A stretch of DNA of 64,000 nucleotides from Nitrospirota bacterium (GCA_963790025.1 CAWBMP010000004.1:800001-864000), one strand, 5' to 3'; shown: positions 10,180 through 20,686, numbered from the stretch's first letter. Notes: a model not told the origin generated them from the sequence alone. Made by a program: numbers and translations.

Positions 10180-10842
10180 TCAGCTTGGGTCTAACAAATC
10201 GAACACGACAGGTATTTTTTCCTGAAACCCTTTCAGCATATCCATAGCGAGAACTCTTATCTGCGGATGGGCTTTAAGTGACGCCCTCAGTTTGAAAAAA
10301 TGCCGCCATTCTCTGAGATTGGCTGTCATGACAAGCTCTGTTTTAAGAGAATTGGGCAGAACAGCGCGGGCCTCCTGAGGTGATTGTCCCCCTTTAAGCA
10401 GCTCAAAGTATGTCTTCTCTATTTGCTCGCATGTCGATTTCCACAACGTATATTGTGCATGCCTTTTTCGTCCCTCTTCATCTTTACTTTCTTCTGTGAA
10501 ACCTTTGAACCATACCGGCAGAATAACTGTTATCTCGTTTCCGAATTTATCATGTGAATAATTACAATACCGGGTGCTTTCCTGGCTATAACTGGCAATT
10601 CGATGGCGCACTATCTCATGCGTAACGCCCCTGTCCGTTATAATTTTCACTGTGATATTGTGATGCTCAATCACGGAGTGATGCCCGGATTTAATGCAGC
10701 CGGACACAAACCTGGCAGCAGAATCATCGGTTATCCTGTCCTCAGACTTATAACATGTTCTGCCTGCCGTCTCGATTTTTCTGAGAACAGCGGCGCCGTC
10801 AACATCCTCTTCGAACTGCCAAGATTGTTCAATTATTCTCAT
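10180..10842 (-). CDS. thyX: FAD-dependent thymidylate synthase
   Basis: GHHSVIEH, RHRIASYSQESTRY, ARAVLP. Confidence 0.95.
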   Translation of the reverse strand: MRIIEQSWQFEEDVDGAAVLRKIETAGRTCYKSEDRITDDSAARFVSGCIKSGHHSVIEHHNITVKIITDRGVTHEIVRHRIASYSQESTRYCNYSHDKFGNEITVILPVWFKGFTEESKDEEGRKRHAQYTLWKSTCEQIEKTYFELLKGGQSPQEARAVLPNSLKTELVMTANLREWRHFFKLRASLKAHPQIRVLAMDMLKGFQEKIPVVFDLLDPS

Positions 10843-10859
10843 AATTCCAAACTCCTTTC

Positions 10860-11975
10860 CTACCTTGCCATTATCTGCACGTATTTTGCAATTCCGTTCC
10901 GCGTAACCAAGCCAATTATTATACCATCCTTAACCACCGCCAGCCTTCCCTTGTCTTCATTTATCATGAGTTCAAGCGCCTTCATGGCATCGCTGTTCTG
11001 ACCAATCTCACAACTTTTATCATTACGTATAAAGACATCTGCAACACTTTTATCCTTCCACAGCGTCCTCGGTATGTCCCGTATCTCTTTCAATGAAATG
11101 AACCCGAGGAACCTCTCCCGCTCAACCACGGGGAAGCCCCCGTAGCCGTATCGCAGGAAAAAGTCATTCACCGCCTCATCGAGCGATAAACCGGGCGGCA
11201 TCGTTATAATATCCCGAACCATAATATCTTGCACTTTGACACCGCTCAAGCTCTCCCTGAGGCCAACCTGTTGATAGCTGGCCTGAGCTGAACTGTATAG
11301 AAACCATCCTATAAGCATAAGCCACAAGCCCCCCGACATACCGGCGAAGACCGAAAAAAAACCCAAGAAAAGCATAAGCAGCGCGATCTTCTGACCGTAG
11401 GAAGCAGCCTTACGAGTGGCATAGAAAAAATCCTTGGTTTTGTTCCAAATAAATGCACGCACCACCCTTCCCCCGTCCATAGGGAATCCGGGTATCAGGT
11501 TGAACATACCCAGCATGAAGTTCAACTGCATAAGGTAGGTAAACAACGCCTTAGCCACCACACCGACCGGCAGCCGGTAAGCCGCAAAAAACACCAGCGA
11601 GAGGAAAAAACTCGACAACGGACCGGCAATAGCTATCTTGAACTCTGCCCCCGGACCGGAAGGCTCACCCTTCATCTGAGATATCCCTCCAAAGATGAAC
11701 AGCGTAATGCTCGATATGGGCAGTTTGTGCCTGAGGGCAACAAAAGAATGAGACAGTTCATGAACGGCTACAGATACAAACAGCAGTAATGCGGCTACCG
11801 CACCGCTGACCCAATAAGACTGTACCGCCAAATTCGGTACAGCCTGCGGGAAATATAATGTAGAAAGCGACCACGTAAGGATACCAAAGACAATAAGCCA
11901 GGAAAAATGGACCCTTATCGGTATACCTATAATTGTTGCTATTTTCAGCGAGCCCGACTGCAAAGGGGCATTCAA
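10860..11975 (-). CDS. site-2 (M50) zinc protease with CBS pair
   Basis: HELSH, AGP, FNLIPGFPMDGGR, C-terminal CBS domains; TTG start at 11975 chosen from GGAGG RBS. Confidence 0.9.
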   Translation of the reverse strand: MNAPLQSGSLKIATIIGIPIRVHFSWLIVFGILTWSLSTLYFPQAVPNLAVQSYWVSGAVAALLLFVSVAVHELSHSFVALRHKLPISSITLFIFGGISQMKGEPSGPGAEFKIAIAGPLSSFFLSLVFFAAYRLPVGVVAKALFTYLMQLNFMLGMFNLIPGFPMDGGRVVRAFIWNKTKDFFYATRKAASYGQKIALLMLFLGFFSVFAGMSGGLWLMLIGWFLYSSAQASYQQVGLRESLSGVKVQDIMVRDIITMPPGLSLDEAVNDFFLRYGYGGFPVVERERFLGFISLKEIRDIPRTLWKDKSVADVFIRNDKSCEIGQNSDAMKALELMINEDKGRLAVVKDGIIIGLVTRNGIAKYVQIMAR

Positions 11976-12200
11976 GATTGCGCCTCCCTCTTTACAGAAT
12001 AATAGCACAAATAGTTCACACGAGTTTCTTCGTGGAAACAGGACGTTAGCCCGTGGCCCAAGGATTATGAGTGCCGGACATAAATAATATGCAGACAATA
12101 TACCATTTGCCCGCAGCCAGGTTGTCTTTGTCATTCCTAAATGTTATAATAAACAGAGAGTTAACAAGACAGTGGTATAGCATAAAAAGGAGTTTTAATA

Positions 12201-12446
12201 ATGGTCACTTTCAATTGCACGGAATTACATTGCCAAACAATGACACTTGAACTATGCATAAAACGCCAGATTATTAGCACGGAAGGTAAAAATTCATGTT
12301 TCTTACTATGCGCAAACTGTAAGCAGGGCGTCAAAATAAAAACTACGCATAAGAAGATGGTGCGGGCAATTGAATCAGGGTTGATGAACAGGAAAAAAAC
12401 CAGGCCCGGAAGACATAAAAAGGGTCTATTTAACGAATCAAATTAA
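12201..12446 (+). CDS. small Cys-rich hypothetical protein
   Basis: AAGGAG RBS; six Cys including CANC; basic C-terminus. Confidence 0.55.
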   Translation: MVTFNCTELHCQTMTLELCIKRQIISTEGKNSCFLLCANCKQGVKIKTTHKKMVRAIESGLMNRKKTRPGRHKKGLFNESN

Positions 12447-12471
12447 GTAAATGGGCTTATGAGTCTATTCG

Positions 12472-13059
12472 TTAACTCATTGTCCCTTTTGTTGTCGGCA
12501 AACCCTTCATCCGTGGATCAGGGGAGACGGCCTCGCTTAAGGCCCTGCCGAATGCCTTGAATATTCCTTCAAAGATATGGTGGACGTCCCTTCCGTATTC
12601 GACAATGATATGGAGGTTCATCATGGAGTGGTTGCTGACCGCCCTGAAAAAATCTTCGAAAAGCGAGTACTCCGGCCCCCGTACAGTGTCTTTGGGAAAC
12701 TTTACTTTGTAAACCAGATAGGGCCTGCCGCTCAAGTCGATTACAACTCTGGCAAGACTCTCGTCCATTGGAATAGTTGCGCTGCCATAACGCCTGATCC
12801 CCTTTTTATCACCCAGTGCTTTCTTTATGGCTTCTCCGAATGTGATACCGAGGTCTTCCATGAGGTGGTGATAATCGATCTCGATATCTCCGGTTGCCTT
12901 AATTTGCAGGTCCATGGCCCCATGAAATGCGAGAAGGTTCAGCATATGGTCAAGAAAAGGGATCGATGTATTTACAGAGGCGACGCCTTTACCACCCAGT
13001 GTGAGCTTTATCGCTATATCGGTTTCCCTGGTTTTCCTTTTTATCGTTGCAGTACGCAC
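12472..13059 (-). CDS. hisB: imidazoleglycerol-phosphate dehydratase
   Basis: RKTRETDI, FLDHML, DYHH..ED, PMDE, HHIFE..FKA. Confidence 0.96.
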   Translation of the reverse strand: MRTATIKRKTRETDIAIKLTLGGKGVASVNTSIPFLDHMLNLLAFHGAMDLQIKATGDIEIDYHHLMEDLGITFGEAIKKALGDKKGIRRYGSATIPMDESLARVVIDLSGRPYLVYKVKFPKDTVRGPEYSLFEDFFRAVSNHSMMNLHIIVEYGRDVHHIFEGIFKAFGRALSEAVSPDPRMKGLPTTKGTMS

Positions 13060-14111
13060 TATTTCCCTCCCAGCGTTTTTTTCAATGCCTTGATGAATAA
13101 ATCATTCTCTTCCGGGGTGCCGACTGTGACCCTCAGGGCGCCTCTTGCCGCAGTGTTCATATTCCTTACAAGTACTCCGTGACTGAGGAGCTTTTCATGT
13201 ACCGCATCGGCATTGTGAACTTTAAAAAAAATAAAATTGGCCTCGGAAGGATATGGGCGGACTCCCCGGATGTTTATGAGCGCATCATAGAGCCGCTCCC
13301 GCTCAGAGATTATGCCCTTTATAAGGTTGCGAAGTGAACTCCCGCGAAGCGCCTCCTCTGCCACAGCCTGTGAAATCCCATTAAGATTAAAGGGGAGCCT
13401 CACCTTGTCAACCTCCCTTAGCAATGCACTGTCGCCCACTAAATAACCCACTCTTAATGATGCCAGCCCTATTTTGCTCAATGTCCTCAAAATAGCGAGA
13501 TGCTTATAATCCTTCATCATGGAAAGAAAGCCTTTCTCGCTCGAAAAGGGCTGATACGCCTCATCAAGGACCACTATGCCCTTTGTCATTTCGATAATTT
13601 TGAGAATTCTGTCCGAGGAAAAACAGTTTCCTGTGGGATTGTTGGGAGAGCTAAGAAATATGAGTTTAGGTCTGAATTTTTTTATATAGGCAGCCATCTT
13701 ATCCACATCCAGATCAAAGTCCCTGTCCAGTGGAATGCCTTTATAGTGTAATCCCAATGCCCTGGCGATAATGCCGTACATGGAAAATGTAGGGACAGGA
13801 TAAAGCACCGGTCCTCCGAAAGTGATTATAAGGTAATAAATCAGCTCGTCGGATCCGTTACCCGCAAGCAGGGCTTCGGGATTGACCCCGATTTTTTGCG
13901 CAATAGCCTTTTTTAGTCCCCTGGCTTGAGAGTCGGGATAGCGGTTGAGCGTTGCAGAAGAGATTCTTTCAATTATCCCATTCACCGGAATGCCCGGATA
14001 AGGGCTCTCGTTGGCATCCAGCTTAACGGCGCACCGGATATGCCCGGCCTGATAGGGCTGCAAAGTCCTAACATTCTTGAGCACAAGTTTTGAAATATCC
14101 TGCCTTTTCAT
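13059..14111 (-). CDS. hisC: histidinol-phosphate aminotransferase
   Basis: LDANE, NGSDE, PNNPTG, DEAY, RTLSK. Confidence 0.95.
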   Translation of the reverse strand: MKRQDISKLVLKNVRTLQPYQAGHIRCAVKLDANESPYPGIPVNGIIERISSATLNRYPDSQARGLKKAIAQKIGVNPEALLAGNGSDELIYYLIITFGGPVLYPVPTFSMYGIIARALGLHYKGIPLDRDFDLDVDKMAAYIKKFRPKLIFLSSPNNPTGNCFSSDRILKIIEMTKGIVVLDEAYQPFSSEKGFLSMMKDYKHLAILRTLSKIGLASLRVGYLVGDSALLREVDKVRLPFNLNGISQAVAEEALRGSSLRNLIKGIISERERLYDALINIRGVRPYPSEANFIFFKVHNADAVHEKLLSHGVLVRNMNTAARGALRVTVGTPEENDLFIKALKKTLGGK

Positions 14112-14177
14112 CAGCTTTTATAATATAGAGCCCAAAAAGCAGTTGTCAACAGCAAGTAATAATTACTGCCATTTCCC

Positions 14178-16748
14178 TTATAGTGAGTTCGTGATTACTT
14201 GCTGCAATGTCTTGCTGAGTGTTTCGACGTTGTAGGGTTTTAAGATAACTCCTGAGAATCCATATTTTTGAAAATCCGACATGATCGGGTCATTGGAATA
14301 TCCGCTGGAAACTATGACCTTTGCATGTGGATCTATGTTCAGGATTTCCCTGACAGCCTCCTTTCCTCCCATTCCCCCAGGAATAGTAAGGTCCATAATG
14401 ACGGCATCTAATACATGTCCGGACTCTGCATTTTTTCTGTAAATTTCTATCGCTTCAGCACCGTCTTTGGCAAAAAACACGTCATAGCCGAGTGGCTGCA
14501 GCATTGCGCCCACAACTGTCCGTATAAACTCCTCGTCATCCATCACAAGGACAGTCCCCTTGCCGGAACAAAATCCGGCCTCTTCAGCTTCCTCTTCGAC
14601 GGCCGCTTTTTCAGAGGCGGGAATGTAAAAAGTAAAAGTTGAGCCGACACCCAGAGTTGATTCAACATCGATATGACCTTCATGGTTGCTGATGATAGAA
14701 TAGACTACAGCAAGGCCCAAACCGCTGCCATTTTCTTTTGTTGTAAAATAGGGATCAAATATCTTCTGAAGCCGCTCTTTAGGTATTCCATACCCGTGGT
14801 CACTAACTGCTATTTTTACATACCTCCCTTTTTTTACCGGGAATTCATTTCCTCCTTCTACAAAAACATTCTCCGCGCTGATACCTATAATCCCTCCTGA
14901 CGGCATGGATTGACAAGCGTTGATAATGAGATTGTTCAATACCTGACCAAGTTGGCCCTCGTCGGCATCAATAGGCCAGAGGTCTTTAATATTAAATTCA
15001 ATTTTCACATTAGTCCCACTCAAAGCAAGAGTCGAGAAATCCTTTATGAGGGGAACAGGGGAGATTGTCTTTTTTATGGGAGCACCGCCTTTCGAGAATG
15101 TAAGCAATTGTCTGGTAAGGGCCGACGCCTGCAGGGAAGCTTCTTCAGCCTGTTCCAACCTGGCGAATATTATATTATCCGGAGTCAATGCCATCTTTGA
15201 CAGCGAGATATTACCCAGTATACCTGTCAAAATATTATTGAAATCGTGGGCAATGCCACCGGCAAGTATTCCTATAGATTCAAGTTTCTGTGATTTCAGA
15301 AGTTCGGCCTCTAAGAGCTTGTGCTCTGAAATATCGGTTAGTACCCCCCTTAACCCTACCACCCGGCCATCACTCGTAATGGGGTTTGCAATTAAAATGG
15401 CAGGGAATGCGGACCCGTCCTTTCTCAGTGCCGTATACTCCCGGTATCCGACTATTTTCCCGGACAATCTCGCATGCATATCTTCGGTGGCCCTTTCACG
15501 GTCTTCCGGCGCCAGTATTTGAATTAAGTTGACACCGTTTTCAAACTTCTCCGGTGTAATGCCCAGAACATCCAGGGCCGTGCTGTTAAGATAACTGAAA
15601 TTCCCGCCTTCGTCGGATTCAAAAACTGTTTGCGGCAGGGAATCGGCCAATTCCCTGAATCTCTCTTCACTGCCTCTCAGCTCTGCTTTAGCCAGGCTGC
15701 GTTCATTTTCCGCCCTTATCCGCTCTGAAATTTCCTCTTCAAGACGCCTGTTTTTTTCGAGTATTTCTTTTTCGTAAAGATTTGATTCGGCCAGACGGGT
15801 CTGAAGCAGGAGGGACTTCAAGTGTAATCTGTACGTAAAAATGGCCCCGCCGGTTATTAAAAAAGCAAGGATACCCATCCCGACCGGAAGTTCCTTCGGG
15901 CGGAGCCCGCTCAAGAGGTTCTGCTTCGGAGCGATAGTTACAAGAAAAAAGGGAGTCTCATAAATCCTGGTTTTTATACCGATCATGTCCTGCCTTTCCC
16001 CGGCTCTGTCTTCCAACCGGAATTCAAGCGGCACGTCAGATTTAAAGATTTGAATGTCAGGCAGCATTCCTATTGCCCTTGACCGGACTATTGTTTCTTT
16101 ATCATCTGCTATATAAGATATACGTTCAGAAGACGATATTTGGGATTGCAGAAATTCCGGAGACAGCCACGCCACTATCTGGCCGGAATACTTCCCCTTG
16201 AAATAATAGGCCATTGAAACTATTATCTCCTTACCCCTTTCTTTTATGCGTATTGCCGGCTTTTTTTGTAAAGGATCGAGTAGTTTCATGAGATTTGCCG
16301 GGATATACGGCCTGTCTTGTGACAAATGCACACCAGTAAGAACATTCCCATTTTCATCAACAAACATCATTTCAAGATAGATAGGTTTGTTGTTAATTTT
16401 AGACCGCTCAAGAAGAGCTTGAAACCTCTCTTTGATCGGAGGGAGACTCTGCGCCAATCCATAAGCCATGCTCATTCCAAGTGCCCTGTTTTCAAAAAAG
16501 ACTTCAATGGCCCTTGAATCGGCAAGATTCATAAGGTCTGCCTCGCAATCTGCCAGGAAGTTGCCGAGAGCTGCTGCCTGCCTCTCGTTTTCGAATTTAA
16601 ATTGCCTGACGATCGTCTGCTGAAGGCTTCTTTGAGAATCGTAATTGGTTTTTATGAGAAAACAGACGTAGGCCAGCAGGAAGAGCGTTATAAAGACAGT
16701 TGCGATAGTGAGGCTTCTCGGAATCTTCGGTACTGCATTGTCATTCAT
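14178..16748 (-). CDS. membrane hybrid histidine kinase (periplasmic sensor, PAS, HisKA, HATPase, REC)
   Basis: Two TM segments, PAS, GGIAHDFNN, DPYFTTK, C-terminal receiver. Confidence 0.92.
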   Translation of the reverse strand: MNDNAVPKIPRSLTIATVFITLFLLAYVCFLIKTNYDSQRSLQQTIVRQFKFENERQAAALGNFLADCEADLMNLADSRAIEVFFENRALGMSMAYGLAQSLPPIKERFQALLERSKINNKPIYLEMMFVDENGNVLTGVHLSQDRPYIPANLMKLLDPLQKKPAIRIKERGKEIIVSMAYYFKGKYSGQIVAWLSPEFLQSQISSSERISYIADDKETIVRSRAIGMLPDIQIFKSDVPLEFRLEDRAGERQDMIGIKTRIYETPFFLVTIAPKQNLLSGLRPKELPVGMGILAFLITGGAIFTYRLHLKSLLLQTRLAESNLYEKEILEKNRRLEEEISERIRAENERSLAKAELRGSEERFRELADSLPQTVFESDEGGNFSYLNSTALDVLGITPEKFENGVNLIQILAPEDRERATEDMHARLSGKIVGYREYTALRKDGSAFPAILIANPITSDGRVVGLRGVLTDISEHKLLEAELLKSQKLESIGILAGGIAHDFNNILTGILGNISLSKMALTPDNIIFARLEQAEEASLQASALTRQLLTFSKGGAPIKKTISPVPLIKDFSTLALSGTNVKIEFNIKDLWPIDADEGQLGQVLNNLIINACQSMPSGGIIGISAENVFVEGGNEFPVKKGRYVKIAVSDHGYGIPKERLQKIFDPYFTTKENGSGLGLAVVYSIISNHEGHIDVESTLGVGSTFTFYIPASEKAAVEEEAEEAGFCSGKGTVLVMDDEEFIRTVVGAMLQPLGYDVFFAKDGAEAIEIYRKNAESGHVLDAVIMDLTIPGGMGGKEAVREILNIDPHAKVIVSSGYSNDPIMSDFQKYGFSGVILKPYNVETLSKTLQQVITNSL

Positions 16749-16763
16749 AATAACTTCTAATAA

Positions 16764-17669
16764 TTATTTTTCCTTGAAAAAAGATGGGTAATAATCCGGT
16801 GCAAAAGGATAATATTTCTTAACGATCCGGCGATAAGTGCCGTCTTTCATTATTTGAGCAAGAAATTTATTAAAAGCTTCCCGAAGGCCCGGCGAATCCT
16901 TTCTGAACGCGACTGACATGTCCTGGATAGTACTGATGGGACCTATTACCTTGATCTTTCCAGGCCACTTTTGCAGTGCTACAAGTGCGTCGGGGACATC
17001 GAGAAGGGCTATTTCGGCCTTTTTGCTGAGGAGGGCGGGAACCATCTCATTTAGCCCACCTTCAAAGTACCTGAGTTGCGGGCCGGCGGCCTCAAGATTG
17101 TATAACGAGGGATCAAGACAAGTCTTTGCTTTACAAAGCAAGGTACGGTTTTTCAGCAGTTTCTTTACTGTGGCAATGTCCTTTTGCAACTCCTTCCCGG
17201 GTTTGATCGGCTTAAGGGGGGAATCAGAGCGTGCAATAAGCCATACCTGGTTTGGGAACGTGGGTACAGAAAAGGCTACAACTTCCTGCCTCCATGGTAA
17301 AACCGTCATTCCGTTGGCAATGAGATCGCCCCTGATCTGAACTTTGCCCAGAATTTCCACCCCGTTTCCTTTCGGCGCCACCTTGCTGCCGGTAAGATCA
17401 CCAATGACGCTATCCCAATCCGTCTTTACGAATTGATATTGGACCCCAAGATGCTGGGCAAAAAGCCTCACGATCTCCACATCCATACCGTCACCGCTGC
17501 CGGTCACAAAATTGGCATAAGGGATACCGAGATGGCGCAAGACTCCCCTTTGTTGCACGTCTTTAAGGTCCTGAGCGGACGCAGGTACTATAAACACACC
17601 GGCACAAACAGCCAGAAGTAAAAAAAGACAGTACGGCCGTAACCGATTCGTAAAAAAAGGGTTTATCAT
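16764..17669 (-). CDS. family 3 periplasmic substrate-binding protein
   Basis: Signal peptide, GMDVEIVRLFAQHLGV, DGTY..IVKKY; directly upstream of the kinase. Confidence 0.85.
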   Translation of the reverse strand: MINPFFTNRLRPYCLFLLLAVCAGVFIVPASAQDLKDVQQRGVLRHLGIPYANFVTGSGDGMDVEIVRLFAQHLGVQYQFVKTDWDSVIGDLTGSKVAPKGNGVEILGKVQIRGDLIANGMTVLPWRQEVVAFSVPTFPNQVWLIARSDSPLKPIKPGKELQKDIATVKKLLKNRTLLCKAKTCLDPSLYNLEAAGPQLRYFEGGLNEMVPALLSKKAEIALLDVPDALVALQKWPGKIKVIGPISTIQDMSVAFRKDSPGLREAFNKFLAQIMKDGTYRRIVKKYYPFAPDYYPSFFKEK

Positions 17670-17881
17670 TTTTTAAAAAACCACACGCACTACCCTACCG
17701 AACCGTATGAGCAACAGTCCTGAGCCATGTCTCTATTATATAACAGATTATCGGCTATAGGCAATATGCTTAAGGCAGTGGCCTTCCCAGTCTGCCGCTG
17801 CTGATTCATCCTTAAGAAAAAGGTTGCTAAAAAAGAAGTGCCTTTTGTATACTTATAATTCTTTATTGTTTAGTCATTTTC

Positions 17882-17910
17882 TTGACAATAAACAGATAAA
17901 TTGTTAAAAT
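17882..17910 (+). promoter_or_regulatory. sigma70 promoter of rpsU operon
   Basis: TTGACA-N17-TAAAAT. Confidence 0.7.
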
Positions 17911-17943
17911 TTCATAAATTTCTATAGAGAGGGGGGGATAGAT

Positions 17944-18144
17944 GTGCCCTCTGTAAGAGTTAAAGACATTGAATCGCTCGAATCGGCGCTCAAACAGTTT
18001 AAAAAACAATGCGAGCGGGATGGCGTACTTTCGGATGTAAAGAAAAAAGAGCATTACGACAAGCCCAGCGTAAAGAAAAAGAAAAAGATTCTGGCTGCAC
18101 GCAAAAAAGCGGCAAAACGCGTAAGGACGTTCTCGGCGAGGTAA
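17944..18144 (+). CDS. rpsU: 30S ribosomal protein S21
   Basis: [27 protein letters not shown]. Confidence 0.95.
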   Translation: MPSVRVKDIESLESALKQFKKQCERDGVLSDVKKKEHYDKPSVKKKKKILAARKKAAKRVRTFSAR

Positions 18145-18183
18145 TCTGCCCTTTTTCATTGAAAGGGTCGGGGAGAAAGCTTG

Positions 18184-18630
18184 ATGGATACTATCCCGCA
18201 ACGTTTGGATGCAGAACTCAAAGAGGCCTTGAAATCACGGTGGGAACTGAAGCTTTCGGTCCTCAGAATGATCAAGGCCTCTTTAAAAAATAAAGAAATC
18301 GAAAAGATGGGTCCCCTCTCCGATTCGGAGATTATTTCCGCTTTGTCATCAATGGCAAAACAGCATAGAGATTCAATAGAACAATACGCAGCGGCAGGCA
18401 GATCAGACCTCGCTGAAAAAGAGACAAAGGAACTGGAGATAATCCGCACCTACCTCCCGGCACAACTTTCACCAGAAGATATTGACAAGATGATACGTTC
18501 CGCAATCATGGAATGTAATGCAACCGAGCCCGGTGATATGGGAAAGGTAATGAAGATTGTCATGACTAAGACAAAAGGAACGGCCGATGGTAAAGTTGTC
18601 AGTCAGCGGGTCAAGGAACTATTAGGCTAA
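18184..18630 (+). CDS. GatB/YqeY domain protein
   Basis: LKEALKS..LSVLRMIKA, YLPAQLS, DMGKVM, ADGK. Confidence 0.9.
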   Translation: MDTIPQRLDAELKEALKSRWELKLSVLRMIKASLKNKEIEKMGPLSDSEIISALSSMAKQHRDSIEQYAAAGRSDLAEKETKELEIIRTYLPAQLSPEDIDKMIRSAIMECNATEPGDMGKVMKIVMTKTKGTADGKVVSQRVKELLG

Positions 18631-18700
18631 AGGCTAACAACAAAAAAAGCTCTTCCATTTTTTATTTACCCTTCAGCCTTTGGCCTTTTGCATTTAGCCC
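18624..18700. repeat. 7-mer periodic inverted repeat
   Basis: AGGCTAA x2 versus TTCAGCC TTTGGCC TTTTGCA TTTAGCC in the yqeY-dnaG spacer. Confidence 0.6.
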
Positions 18701-18711
18701 GTATTTAAATT

Positions 18712-20436
18712 ATGAACAACATTACTATTGACGACATTAAGATAAAAATCGATATCGTCGACCTCATTGCGGAACATGTCGACCTGAAGCGGGCGGGACA
18801 GAATTTTAAAGGACTCTGTCCGTTCCATACAGAAAAAACCCCTTCTTTCATGGTGAACCCTTCAAAACAGATTTTCCATTGTTTCGGCTGTGGGAAAGGC
18901 GGCGACATCTTTGCCTTCACAATGCATTACGAGAACATGAATTTTCATGAGGCAGTATCATACCTTGCAAATAAGGCTGGTATAAAAATCGAGTCATCAA
19001 ATGACAGATCCGCTTACGTCAAAGGCATCAAGGAGAACATTCTCACGATCCACAAAGAGGCGCTTCAATTTTTTAAAACCAGCCTGAACTCCTCCAGGCA
19101 GGCAAACGAATACCTCATGGAGCGTGGGCTCACCACAGAGACCATAGAAAAATTTTCTATCGGATACAGCACAGGCCAGCGCGATTCCCTCTTCATCCAT
19201 CTCAAGGACCTCTCTTTCACCGCTGAACAAATTAAGGCATCGGGTCTCGTCTACTTCGGTGAAAATGGTATCCATGATTTCTTCCGGGAAAGGATAATGT
19301 TCCCGATTTTCGACCTTCAGGGGAGAACCGTGGCGTTCGGCGGCAGAACGCTGTCGATATCTAAAAACATTCCTAAATATCTGAATTCTCCTGACCATGC
19401 GCTTTTCAAAAAAGGCGATTCGTGCTACGGAATACACATAGCAAAAAACGCTATTACGCAAAAAGGCTACTCCATAGTAGTGGAAGGATACCTCGATGCG
19501 ATTATGTGCCATCAGCATTCCTTCAGTAATGCGGTGGCGCCTCTTGGAACTGCACTTACTGTGGGTCATCTGAAGAGGCTCAAACGGTTCTCTTCCAAGG
19601 TCCTTCTGGTTTTTGACGGAGACCCGGCAGGAATATCGGCTACCAGGAGATCGCTGGAGCTTATCTACTACGAAGGTATGACGGCAAAGGTCCTGGTGCT
19701 TCCCGAAAACGAGGACCCCGATACATTTCTGAGAAAGAATGGAGCGGAATACTTCAGGCGGTACATGGCAAAAGCTGTCACCCCTGTGGAATTCCTGCTC
19801 AAACTATACGGCAAGAACAAACTCGATGCGGTACGTTATGCTCTCTCTCTCATTTTATCCTGCCCTGATCCACTACAGCGCGATGAAACGCTCAGGGAGT
19901 TGTCCAGCCAGTCGGGAATTGATGAACTGACACTGCGCCAGGAACTGAAAAACAGCAAGAAGTCGCAGAAGCAAAAAGCGTCGAGCGTAAATGGAGGGCC
20001 CGAATTCGCCGGACTGCAGGAGCATCTCGACACGATCAGCAAGGAAGAACAAACGCTTTTGAGTATTATTTTCTCAGTACCGGAAAAGCGTAATGACATC
20101 TTGTCCCATCTCGATCCCGAATGCATGAAATCCTACCCCACGCAGGGATTTTTGGAGAAGATCAAACGTTTTTTGGCTGAAAACAGCGCGGATGACCTGC
20201 TTTCAACCGGCTTTATGGCCCTGTGCAACAGCTATGAAAAGGCACTTGTCACAAAGCTCTCGATGGATGCCGGAGTTGACACAGAGAACGTTGATGCAAT
20301 GATTAAAGGCTGCTTGAAGACAATCGCAATGAAAGGGATTGGACGGGAGATTGAACAGGCAGGAAAAGCTGGAGATGAAAAGCTTTTATTTTCACTTTTT
20401 GGAAAGAAAAAACTCCTGCAAAAGGCTTACGAGTAA
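18712..20436 (+). CDS. dnaG: DNA primase
   Basis: CPFH...CFGC zinc finger, RIMFPI, KYLNSP, TOPRIM EGYLD and DGD. Confidence 0.97.
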   Translation: MNNITIDDIKIKIDIVDLIAEHVDLKRAGQNFKGLCPFHTEKTPSFMVNPSKQIFHCFGCGKGGDIFAFTMHYENMNFHEAVSYLANKAGIKIESSNDRSAYVKGIKENILTIHKEALQFFKTSLNSSRQANEYLMERGLTTETIEKFSIGYSTGQRDSLFIHLKDLSFTAEQIKASGLVYFGENGIHDFFRERIMFPIFDLQGRTVAFGGRTLSISKNIPKYLNSPDHALFKKGDSCYGIHIAKNAITQKGYSIVVEGYLDAIMCHQHSFSNAVAPLGTALTVGHLKRLKRFSSKVLLVFDGDPAGISATRRSLELIYYEGMTAKVLVLPENEDPDTFLRKNGAEYFRRYMAKAVTPVEFLLKLYGKNKLDAVRYALSLILSCPDPLQRDETLRELSSQSGIDELTLRQELKNSKKSQKQKASSVNGGPEFAGLQEHLDTISKEEQTLLSIIFSVPEKRNDILSHLDPECMKSYPTQGFLEKIKRFLAENSADDLLSTGFMALCNSYEKALVTKLSMDAGVDTENVDAMIKGCLKTIAMKGIGREIEQAGKAGDEKLLFSLFGKKKLLQKAYE

Positions 20437-20521
20437 GCCCCCGCATTAGCTTGACGCTTGACTAAGAGCTTGATATGCATTTATAGTAAAAGACTTTGGG
20501 CGTTAGCTCCTAATGCTGAAA

Positions 20522-20597
20522 GGGCCCATAGCTCAGTTGGTAGAGCTACCGGCTCATAACCGGTTGGTCCCAGGTTCGAGTCCTGGTGGGCCCACCA
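20522..20597 (+). tRNA. tRNA with CAT anticodon, probably tRNA-Ile2 (lysidine) rather than Met
   Basis: Cloverleaf GGGCCCA...CTCATAA...TTCGAGT...TGGGCCC-ACCA; G1-C72 excludes the initiator; C4/C5 in the acceptor stem fit TilS substrates. Confidence 0.92.
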
Positions 20598-20599
20598 TA

Positions 20600-20686
20600 A
20601 AAGCACAGGTTAAGGCTGAGGCAACGGTCAAGAAACTAAAAGAGACTTTTTCAGTCTTGACCTCAACCTTTACCTTTACCTGCTTT
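20600..20686. repeat. 6-mer periodic inverted repeat directly after the tRNA
   Basis: AGGTTA AGGCTG AGGCAA CGGTCA AG versus CTTGAC CTCAAC CTTTAC CTTTAC CTG. Confidence 0.65.

Noticed and set aside
11976..12134. N-terminal extension of the M50 protease ORF
   Set aside because: The RBS supports a start at 11975 and the extension has no family features.
17748..17774. sigma-28-like promoter (GCCGATAA) before the binding protein gene
   Set aside because: Good -10 element but spacing to the TAAG element is 13 nt rather than 15.
20498..20509. GGGCGTTAGCTC resembling a tRNA 5' end or att scar
   Set aside because: Only 12 nt, no cloverleaf and no integrase nearby.
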